45,098 nucleotides of DNA, from NCBI GenBank assembly GCA_038087875.1, contig JAXLNO010004965.1, positions 1-45,098 of the forward strand, in the 5' to 3' direction. The notes under the pieces were generated by a model. The model made no database searches and had not been told where the DNA came from. It saw only the letters and a list, made by a program, of their open reading frames with translations. Every line of letters begins with the position of its first letter. Positions within the stretch are counted from its first letter, which is position 1. The stretch comes from Malacoraja senta. Lineage: Eukaryota. Position numbers and translations under genes: made by a program. This document shows positions 1-10,272 of this stretch, piece by piece.

Positions 1-779
1 AATTTTGTCGGAACATCCTCCGCATCCAAAGGAAAACACCAACAAACGCATGCAGGGCGGAATTAGGCAGATACCCGCTGATAATAATTATCCAAAAAAG
101 AGCACTAAATTTTTGGAATCACCTTAAATCTAGCCCCCCCAGATACCCTCCAGTTTAAAGCCCTTAAAAAAACAAGAGGGGAGCCCAGAAAAGAGTTCCC
201 TGTGTCCGTTGCTACTGAGTAACTACGCCTATTCAGTTAAACCCTATCCAGTTATATCCATACCAGCCTCAGATCAATACTGATCCCCAATCACCAGTTA
301 GAGTGAACCAAATTATCAAACAATGTAAAGAAATGTATTTGGAACATTGGGATAAAGAAACCAAAAGCCAAAGCAGATTAGAATGTTACCGTGCCCTAAA
401 AAGAGATTATAAATTTGCAGACTCTCTCTCAACTGTTAGAGATATAAAGCAGAGACAGACCCTCACCAAATACAGGTTAAGCAACCACTATTTGGCAGTT
501 GAAAAAGGAAGACAGAAGAGATTCTGGCAACCAAGAGAAAGCAGAATATGCGGCCACTGTTTGATAGATGAGGTTGAAACAGAGGGGCACTTCCTCCTAA
601 AATGCAAATAATTTGTCAAAACAAGGAAAACATACTTTGACAAACTCAGTCTGGCAACCCCTGATTTTAAAGAATTGGATGATACATCAAAACTAAGAAT
701 AATCCTTGGTGAAGGAAGTACGGCACATCTTGGTGCACAATACGTAACAGCATGCCATAACCTGAGAGACGGTGAATGA
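1..779 (+). mobile_element. Non-LTR retrotransposon ORF2 C-terminal fragment (RTE-X/Crack-like; clade not resolved)
   Basis: Translates to NACRAELGRYPL...RQTLTKYRLSNH...RICGHC...EVETEGHFLLKC, a C-terminal Cys/His motif of LINE ORF2. It contains stops. Confidence 0.75.
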
Positions 780-2614
780 CCAATATGCACATATGTACGC
801 ACACGTTAATTGACATTAACTGACACTAAAAACCCCGTTTACCTTTAAAAAAAACTCATGCGCATTTACCTGATTGATTGATCTCATAATTTTGTAAACC
901 TCTTTCAGATCACCCCATCCTCCTGCACTCTAAGGAATGAAATCAGAGCCTTCTCAACCTCACCCTCCCTGAACATATACTCACTGGCTTGCAGAACAGT
1001 TCAGCATAGGAACAGACCCTTGGGCCCACACCTTCTGTTCCGAACGTGATGCCAAGTTGAGCTAATCTCCTCCACCAACACATGTTCCATATCCCTCCTT
1101 TCCCTGCATATCTATGCCTTTCTAAAAACTTCAAATGCCACTACCAAGTCCACTTGTAAATCTACTCTGGACTCTTTCCAGCTGGTATGTTAAAAACAAA
1201 CTACATGACGAATTCAGTGTGTCAGGCAGCATCTGTGGTGGGAATCGACTGACAAGTTTTGAAGTCACCAGCCTGAACAAGAGTTCCAGCCTGAAATATC
1301 ATTGGTTCATTCCATCCCACAGATGTTGCCTGAACCACTGTGTTCCTCCAACAGTTTTGCTCAACGAACTAACATCTTCAGTTTCTAGTATCCCCAGAGA
1401 TCTGTTCACTGTTACCATTCATTTGCCCTATTTTATTACATTTTGTGTTACATTTCTGTTAAATTATGTTGCAGTCTTGGAAATTTTTCACCTCAGCTGC
1501 AAACCTGCGTTCCTAGTGTACATTCTACTTTAATAATGCTAAATTATGATCACTGGCATCAAAACACCTCATCACTACCACTACAATACTACTCCCATCT
1601 TGCTGCCAAGCAATACCCACCATTTTCTATTCAGTCGCCTTAATACAATTTCTCAAATGAATTTGAGAACCTCTGCACTCTGCTTCAGTGACAGGTAATA
1701 TTAAGTGTAAATTCACAACTATTTATTGTTCTGGGGTGGGTTATTTTGCACCATATAAACAGACCAAAATATTTCTCCTTCCGTATCCCTAAGTTTATTT
1801 GATATACATTGATAAATACAAATCAATGGATCATTTAAATGTTTACTGTGCTGATGGAGACCATTCATCCTATCAGGCCAATGCCACCTCTCTACTGGAG
1901 AAAATCACGTTCAACCCCAGCCCTTCGACTGTAGTTTTGCATGTTTTTGCTCACAATTAGTTTATCCAATTCTCTCTTTGTAATGAAACATAAATAGGAT
2001 TCGGATCAATGAACGGAGAAAGAAAATTGCAGGGGTACAAATGACTATCTTTATTACATCAAATTACAAGACAAAGCATTAAAAAAGCAACGAATCTCAT
2101 GGCTTTCAGCTCAATGTGTTAAATGATAGAAGCCGTGGCAAATACCATCAAGTCTCACAGTCTTCTGCCCATTGGAGACTCCTATTTATGATGGCTGGTA
2201 TAGAGATCTTGCGGGCCCAGCCACTGTCCTTCAAAGGTTCTGCATTAAATCAAGCACCGAGCTATTCTTGCATGTCTCGGAGAAAAGAAAGGTTTAACTT
2301 ATCCTTTAGCTACACTAAATATCCTTGTAGGCTGCTCCATAATTTCCCAGTTATTCTAAGTGAGCCCTCAATCATCTAATTGTTTCCCAAAGCCAGCCTA
2401 CTTGCTTACCATAAAGTGCTGTTAGCAGAAAATGTAATCTTAGGTGAAAACCCCGTTTACCCTTTCCAGTGCATTAAGGGCCCAACTACACAACATCTAC
2501 ATGCCATACACTTGACATTCCAAACGCACGTTGCATAGAATTCCTTGTCCGCTCTCAAACCCTCCAGCAAAGTGAGCAGCCTCCCTATCCATTCTTCCAT
2601 TCAAAGATTGATCA

Positions 2615-3161
2615 TTCTCCAGAGCTCGTAAGAGGGAGCACATAACGCCTATTCTGGCCTCCCTCCACTGGCTGCCTGTGTACTTTAGAGTTCATTTTAA
2701 GATTATTTTATTTGTTTTTAAATCTTTAAATGGTCTCGCCCCGCCTTACCTCTCTGAGCTGCTTCATCCCTACGCTCCTGCTCTGTGCCGCAGGTCAGCT
2801 GATCAGCTGCTCCTGGAGGTACCGAGGTCTAAGTGGAAGCTCAGAGGGGATAGAACCTTCTCTGTTGCTGCTCCGACATTATGGAACACTCTACCTTTGC
2901 ACATTAGACAGGCCCCTTCACTGTCCATTTTCAAAACTAGTCTTAAAACCCTTTTCTATTCCTTGGCTTCTGACCCTGCATGAGACTTTGCTCCTGTTTT
3001 AGTGTTTCTATTGGGGTTTTTTAAAATTGTTTTTACTGTCTTTTAATGTTTTTATTGTTTTGTTTTATGTTTATGATTAGTCATGTACAGCACTTTGTTG
3101 CAACAGTGGTTGTTTTTAAAGTGGTCTATAAATAAAGTTCAGTTCAGTTCAGTTCAGTTCA
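2615..3161 (+). mobile_element. L2 LINE 3' fragment with (AGTTC)n tail
   Basis: HITPILASLHWLPV...GLAPPYLSELL...FSVAAPTLWNTLP is the L2 ORF2 C-terminus. It ends in AATAAAG(TTCAG)n. Confidence 0.88.
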
Positions 3162-3595
3162 GCTCCAAGAACTTAATATGTTCCTCCCTCTGACTCTTGA
3201 GATTCCTCCTTATCCCTTTCTAAAGATACATCATGTTATTCTGAGAAATGTGTTTGCCAAGACCATGGCATCTGCAGTTTTAGTCTCCTGATCTTAGGAA
3301 GAAAGTTCTTGTTATGGAGGGAGTGCTGTGAAGGTTCATCAGATTTCAGGGATGGGAGGACGAATGTATGAAGGGCGATTTGGGCGATTGGTTTTACATT
3401 GTGATTAGGACCATTCAAAATCAACTAAAACATTCTTATGGGTCTGTACAGATTGAAGAGAGTCAAGAGTGTTTTATTGTCATATGTCCCAGATAGCACA
3501 ATGACATTCTTACTCGCTGCAGCACAATGGAATATGTAAACATAGTACATGGTAAACAATATGAAAAACGAGAAAGAGAAAAACAAAATCAATGT

Positions 3596-3603
<8 letters not shown>

Positions 3604-3646
<43 letters not shown>

Positions 3647-3672
3647 GTCACAGGTACACACACACACACACA
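3604..3672. repeat. (AT)n and (CA)n microsatellites
   Basis: About 18 AT units at 3604-3640, then a short (CA)n run. Confidence 0.95.
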
Positions 3673-6164
3673 CATATATGTGTAGAAAAGTACGCATACA
3701 TATATTCAAAAGGGAGATCCGGTCAGTTCAGGACCCAGTGGTCACAATCTGATGATCAGGCTTCAAGTTGAGATGAAGAGCGATTACTTCTCCCACAGAA
3801 TGATGAAGGTGTGGAATGTTATACCACTGGAAGCAGTTGAACACAGATCATTGAATTTATACAAGGAGTTATATGTTATTTGTATGGTCAAAGGATCAGA
3901 GAAATAAAAGGATCAAGGTATACATTTTAGGTCACAATTGATCACATGGAATAATAGTTGAGGCTCAAATGCCTGAATTTCTATTACTTTTATATTCTAC
4001 ATTTCAACATTTTTGTATTTATCGTGGCCACATTTCCTCTGCATCGAAGAACATGATAACTGGGATGCTTAAAAGGAACCGAGACCCTGGTGCCAATGCC
4101 TTTTTGCAGATAAGACAGATGCATACATTGGTTTGGTGTTCACAAAGCGAGGACAAATCAGAAATAATTTTCTGAACACGCCATCCATTGCTATTTCAAT
4201 GTGCTTACCCAAGATACAAAATAATAATAATATATTAATCTATATTTTAGAATGTTTGGATAAAATAAACAAAACACGGTGATCGAATGTCCCTGGGTAA
4301 GTCGTTCACACTCTGCCCTCCACCCCTTTGAGAAGTGGCTGAAGGGTGATATTAAAATACATAAAGCTTTTAAATGAATCACTATGGTGAAAACATTTCC
4401 ACCACAAAATCCAGCAGGGAATTCTACAGAGAATGCTCCCTCTCCTCCCCTCCCACCCAATACTGGTGAGAATGAGGATCCAGATCAATGAATTGCATTT
4501 AGGGGAAGGCTGGGCAAACACAAAAGAGAAAAGAACAGTCGGTTCTACATTGGAGAATCCAGCACAGACTTGCCAACCATGTTGCAGATCGCATAAGGTG
4601 GGAAGAGGCTCATGTGGACCATATGCACCAGTATTGGCAGGATAGGCAGAGTGGCCTGTTCCTACACACTTGTCTCCACTACAACCTTGTATTACTTTGA
4701 CTGCCAATTTATTTTTGATCATTTTGTTCCCATTCATTCTTTAAAAAATACAAAATCAACTTTGGCGTAAGATAACTGTGATTGATGCTGTTGCAAATAA
4801 ATGGAGGCCTTACATTTTCTTAACAACAATTTAATTTTGCGCTTTGCATATTATATCTTTCATATTATATCTTGCATATTCCATATATCTTGCCTTTACT
4901 TCGCAACATGAAGCCACTATAAAACAGGGTGCAATCCAATGTGTTTACTTGGATTTCATGCCAATCTATTTCCAAAAATCTTATACTCAATGGTCTATTC
5001 ATCAAGCACGTTCTACAGGCAACTATTGTCAGGTGAAATCTCAAGAGAAGAACTTGTACCAAATGAGCCACATAAAATGAACTTGATCACTGTGCCACCA
5101 ATCACTGTGGACAATTTTATATTCATATGGATGATAAATTCTTTGCATTAGATTAGAAATGTACAAAAAAAAACAATCAAGACTTTTTGACATCATCAAA
5201 TAACCAAGCGTTATGTAACAACATTTATTGGTGCTGTATCTCAGACAAAATGCAGTGTTAAAACAAAATATATTCTATCCAATAATGACTGTAGCTAATG
5301 GAATCTGCAACTAAAAACAGAAGACTGAAAGCATTCAATGGCTCAAGCAAATTATTGGGACAAATGGTTGATGTCACAAATAGGGTCAAGAACCTGCACC
5401 AGGCCTGCGAGGGAAGAGGATGAATTGCCAATATATAGCAATCAGGGAGGGATAGGACAGAGGCTGGTAGATCAAACGTAGAACCAGGTGGGGAGAGGAT
5501 AATGGGTAGATGGAAACAGGTAGGAGAGGAGGAGGAAGAGGTGAACAACAGGAGAATAAACTGAGACAGAGGTTCACTTGCACCTCTTTCAACTTTCTCT
5601 ACTGCATTCATTGCTCACACTGGAGAAACTAACTTAGATGTCAACCATTTTGTAGAGCACATCACTTTGAAGTAAAGATCATCCTGAGATCTGTTGTATG
5701 GTATTTTAATACCCCTTCCCACTCACACTGACCCATCTCTCGTTAACATTGGGCACAGAAAGTTTTAAGTAAAATATCTGATAATCCACCTGGGTAACTT
5801 ACAAGCCGATGGTATGAATATAAAGTTTTCACATTTCAGCTTATCCATACCACTGGTGTTCATTTGTTCTCCCACAATCACCCATACACCAACTTTGCTC
5901 CATCTGCCCATCCTCTCCTCCCCAGCTGATTCCACCTGCCACTTACCAGCCTCTGCCCCATTCCTCCTTCAAACTGTTAGTATCTTCCCATCCTCTCCTT
6001 CAATTCTAATGCAATGCCTTGACTTGAAATGTTGGTATATGTCATTTGCCTCCACAGATGCTGTTTGACCAAGTACTTCCACTGGCCTTTCTTTAGTCTA
6101 AAATTCTTGTTGGAAATAACCACAAAGTCTTACTCTATCTATAATTGAAACCATTTAATTGGTG

Positions 6165-7160
6165 CTTGGAGAGCTTTCTAAAATCATGAGGGCGATTTAT
6201 CTGGATTTATTTTACCCAGGGTAGGGTAATCAAGAACCAGCAAAAACAGGTTTAATCAGTGTTCAATGCTATTTTTTTAGGTGTCGGAGCTGTCAAACAG
6301 GGGCATTTCAGATTTTGCTGGGGGGGGGGGGCAAGCTAGTCTCCCTAGAGGGTCAAACAAGATTATAGCCTATTACTACATCCCAGTGTATAGCTAGTAC
6401 ATTAAAACATATAATACTTAATTTAATTATGACAAAATATTGCAAGGTTGCACTCACTGATTATCATGAAATATAATTATGAAGCAAGTAAAGAAAAATA
6501 CGGTTATCATGTATTTTTACAGAGGTGCCGGCAAGACACCGACTCGCCCTGACTATCCTGCAGCTCTGGGCCTTCACACACACACACACACACACACTCT
6601 CACCCTCACACCCATTCACCTACACACCCACCCACTCACCCACCCACCAGAGTTCCAGGCTCAGCTCCATGCCCACAACCACAAATGATGCACACATCAC
6701 ATGGTCTGTCTCTGCTGCATCATAGTGTTCCCCCCTCCTACAGGGAACCTCATTAGTGATGGATCTTCCCCTTACCCCTCTTTTAATCAGGTTACCCCGA
6801 CCACACACCCGCTAGTTAAAATTCCACCCTGTTTATTTTTTCTTTAACAGAGGTGCCGGATCGGTGCTCAGGTGAGCTCCGGCAGCACTGCACCCCTGGG
6901 TTTAAGGTGAGGAGGAAGATTTAGTAGGAACCTGAGAGGCAACCTTTTCTACTAAGAGGTTACTGGGTGTATGGAATGAGCTGCCTGCGAAGGCAGAATA
7001 ACAACATTGAAAAGACACTTGGACAGGTACATGGATAGAATATGTTGAGAGGAATGTGGGCCAAACGCTGGCAAATGTGACTAACCTAAATGTAGCATCA
7101 TGTCAGCTTGGAGCATTAGGCTGAAGTACCTACTTCCATGCTATATGGCTCCATGACTCT
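6165..7160 (+). mobile_element. Old CR1 3' fragment split by a DNA transposon insertion
   Basis: Joining 6165-6256 to 6907 onward restores CR1-type ...CAGGTTTAAGGTGAGGAGGAAGATTTAGTAGGAACCTGAGAGGCAACC and a CR1-type 3' UTR. Confidence 0.75.
6257..6898. mobile_element. Non-autonomous hAT-type DNA transposon (MITE)
   Basis: Ends CAGTGTTCAATGCT ... AGCACTGCACCCCTG form imperfect CAG...CTG TIRs. The 8-bp TSD is GGTTTAAT (6249-6256) / GGTTTAAG (6899-6906). Subterminal (A)GGTGCCGG repeats are present. Confidence 0.8.
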
Positions 7161-7354
7161 TTGTTAGATGAACATAAACATGGCAAATGGAGTTTAATAA
7201 TGGAAAATATGTGCTCACACACTCTGGTAAGAGCAATAAAAATAAGCTATTATCTAAATGGAGTGAGATTGCGAATGAGTGGAGTACAAGAGATTCAAGT
7301 GCTTAAACTGCAAAACAAGAAGCCAGCAGGTAGATGCAGCACACAACGCAGAAG

Positions 7355-8105
7355 GTGATTAGCATATTGGCTTGTACAAAAATTCAAAAATTTTGGATTG
7401 ACATTTTTGAAACCTTTACAAAATTATTTAAAATAAAACTGATTCCAAAAGCAGATCGGATTATCTTCGGAACAACGGAAGATAGTCCTGAACTAAATGT
7501 GTTTCAAAAGAAATCAATAGACTATGGGTTAATAACTGGAAAAAAAGTTAATCCTAAAATTCTGGAAAAATGCTCCAATACCAACTATAAACATGTGGAT
7601 TTCAAATATGTTCGAAACATCACACCTAGAAGAGATAAGACTCCTCCTGGCAGGTAAACCAGATCACTTCCACCTGACGTGGTCTGCATTCATAGAATTA
7701 TTACAAGTATAGGGTGCAAAAGTACTTTAAAAAAAAACTGAGGTCAGGTAAAGGGGGATGAAAGCTGGAGAGTTGGTATATCCCATTTGTGTGATGCGTA
7801 TAACAAAGTATTTGTTTTCTCTTTTTCCTCTTTTTCTTTTTTCTTCTTCTTTAGGGTCTATCTCTTAATCCTTTCTTTTTAATTTCTTTCTTACAGGGTC
7901 TCTGTTCTTTCTTGTTGTCACGTTTTTACGCCTTCACTATATTCCTTCACTTTCTCTTTTTTCTTAATCTCAACCTTTCCTTTTTATTAGTGTAAAAAAT
8001 GACGGAGTACATTAATTGTAATAAGATATACGTGATGAGTACGAATGTAATTGGTTGTAATGTAATGTACTTCTAATAAATAAAATAAAAAAATAAAAAA
8101 TATAA
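7355..8105 (+). mobile_element. L1 3' fragment
   Basis: FWIDIFETF...RIIFGTTE...IDYGLITGKK resembles the ORF2 end of the L1 at 19571-19978. A T-rich 3' UTR and an AATAAA/A-rich tail follow. Confidence 0.8.
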
Positions 8106-8624
8106 AAGCATATTGGCGTTCAAAGTAGGTTACTATTGTAATTATGGTACATGATGTTGCTGAGGACATATCAGGAGCACTGTGCACAGCTTGGTTCTCA
8201 AATTTAAGAAAGGATATATTAATATTGGATATCAGCTAGAAGAGATTTCTGGAATAAGCAAGTGTTGCCTAACCATGAATGGCTGAAATCACTGGTTCTG
8301 TGTCCCTTGGAGATGAGAAGAAACAGAGTTAACCTTATGAATGTATTAAAGAGGCATGATGTGGTGGTGAATTGATGGATAATGCGTGGATATATTCTAA
8401 AAGAATAGGGAATTGTGTCTTATGTGGAATAAGCACAGTAAAGTAGTTGAGGCAGTCATATCAGTTGTTATCAACATAAATTGCTAGATAGCTCTAATTT
8501 GTACAAATGCAGGGCAGTCTATTGAGAATTTCTGTCATGCTTGATAAACTTAATTTAACTCCTTCCATTTATTTCAGTTCCTGCATTTTAATCACATCCA
8601 TGAAATCTTCTACTCAGCGATTGG

Positions 8625-8665
8625 TTAGCAGTGCATGTTCTGCTTTGGTTGAATATTTTGATAAT
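8625..8665 (-). CDS. Candidate terminal cytoplasmic exon (D-YQNI-QPKQNMHC-stop)
   Basis: Branch-like TCTAAT and tract TTTAATTTCCCTCCTCAG|AT. The phase-1 frame gives (D)YQNIQPKQNMHC*. There is a minus-strand AATAAA at 8568-8573. Linkage to the TM exon across about 24.6 kb of mostly TE sequence is inferred. Confidence 0.55.
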
Positions 8666-8794
8666 CTGAGGAGGGAAATTAAATATTAGACAACAAAGAA
8701 ATGGCATAGCAGAAAACAGAACTCAGAAAGATGCAACTAGTTTATTCACTTTAACTGTTGATTCATCCCACATAACATCTTCCTTCCAGATATA

Positions 8795-8979
8795 AAGGCA
8801 CAGCGCCAGACACCTGGGTTTGATCCTGACCACGGGTGATGTCTGTATGGAATTTGTACCTTCTCCCTGTGACTGCATAGGTTTTCTCCAGATGCTCCAG
8901 TTTCCTCCCACATTCCAAAGACAGATGTGCAGGTTTGTAGGTTAATTGACCTGTGTCCCTAGCTTATGTGGGTGATCAT
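8795..8979 (+). mobile_element. tRNA-derived HE1/V-SINE-like element, 5' part (continues at 13489-13560)
   Basis: B-box-like GGGTTTGATCC and the conserved core GTTTCCTCCCACATTCCAAAGAC. The 3' part TGGTTGGTGCGGACTCAGTGGACCGAAG...CTAAACTAAAC resumes after the CR1. Confidence 0.8.
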
Positions 8980-9336
8980 AAGGTCCGAAAGCCGTTGGAG
9001 AGGTCGCTGAGGGAGGAGCTACAACCGAGCGGTAGGACTTAAAAAGGAGCGCGGGGGCTTGTTCCTTACAGAGGTCCGAAAGCCGTTGGAGAGGTCGCTG
9101 AGGGAGGAGCTACAACCGTAGGACTTAAAAAGGAGTACCCAAATCGGCAACGTTCCACTTCAAAAACAAGTGGGTTTGAGGAAGCCGCTGATTGGTGGAC
9201 GCAGATAAGAGAGAGCAGCTGATTGGGAGTCAGATCCCTGCTGATTGTACTGTATTGTAGCAGTTTGTTTTGTATTGTAGCAGTTTGTTTTGTATTCTAT
9301 CAGTTTGTTTTATATTCTATCCAGGGTAAGGGGAGT

Positions 9337-10272
9337 ATGACGGCCAGGGCAGTTTACTGTTCTGGATGTCAGATGTGGGAAGTAATGGAGTCTGTTAGCC
9401 CTCCAGACGTCCACATCTGCGCCAGGTGTATCGAGATGGGGCTCCTAATGGACCGTATTAGGAACCTGGAGCAGCAGCTCGATGACCTCCGTCTGGTCAG
9501 GGAGAGCGAGGAAGTCATTGAGAGGAGTTACAGGGATGTGGTCACTCCAACACCACAGGAGGCAGGCAAGTGGATCACGGTTGGGAGAGGCAAGGGGCAC
9601 AGGCAGGGACTAGAGAGTACCCCGGTGGCTGTACACCTTGACAATAAGTACTCCTGTTTGAGCACTGTTGGGGTGGACAGCCTACCTGGGGGTAGCGACA
9701 GCGGCCGGGCCTCCGGTATAGAGACTGGTCCTGTTGCTCAGAAGGGTAAGGAAAAGAAGAGGAGGGCAATATTAATAGGGGACTCTATAGTTAGGGGGTC
9801 AGACAGGCGATTCTGTGGACGCAGTCGGGAGACCCGGATGGTAGTTTGCCTCCCTGGTGCCAGGGTCTGTGATGTGTCCCAACGTGTCCAAGACATCCTG
9901 AAAGGGCAGGGAGAGGAGCCCGAGGTCGTGATACATATAGGTACCAATAACATAGGTAAAAAAAGAGAAGAGGTCCTGAAAGGAGAATTTAGGGAGTTAG
10001 GAGGGGAGTTAAAGAGAAGGACAGCAAAGGTAACAATCTCGGGATTACTGCCTGTACCACGCGACAGTGAGAGTAGGAATGGAGCGAGGTGGAGGATAAA
10101 TGCGTGGCTGAAGGACTGGTGCAGAAGGCAGGGATTCAAATTTCTGGATCATTGGGACTTCTTTTGTGGAAGGTTCGACCTGTACAAAAAGGATGGGTTG
10201 CACTTGAACCTGAGGGGGACCGATATCCTGGCGGGGAGATCTGCAAAGGCTACTGGGGAGACTTTAAACTAG
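9337..10272 (+). CDS. CR1 ORF1p: N-terminal Cys motif/coiled coil plus SGNH (GDSL) esterase domain
   Basis: MTARAVYCSGC...CARC, then a heptad region, then the esterase blocks LIGDSIVRG, CLPGA, HIGTNN and DGLHL. The first ATG is at 9337. Confidence 0.92.
   Translation: MTARAVYCSGCQMWEVMESVSPPDVHICARCIEMGLLMDRIRNLEQQLDDLRLVRESEEVIERSYRDVVTPTPQEAGKWITVGRGKGHRQGLESTPVAVHLDNKYSCLSTVGVDSLPGGSDSGRASGIETGPVAQKGKEKKRRAILIGDSIVRGSDRRFCGRSRETRMVVCLPGARVCDVSQRVQDILKGQGEEPEVVIHIGTNNIGKKREEVLKGEFRELGGELKRRTAKVTISGLLPVPRDSESRNGARWRINAWLKDWCRRQGFKFLDHWDFFCGRFDLYKKDGLHLNLRGTDILAGRSAKATGETLN

Noticed and set aside
4306-4737. 143-aa minus-strand ORF containing GHSAYPANT
   Set aside because: No recognisable domain, and no pyrimidine tract before the putative exon.
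9251-9320. Regular 20-bp repeats as a CRISPR-like array
   Set aside because: Head-to-tail tandem with no spacers, inside a eukaryotic LINE 5' UTR.
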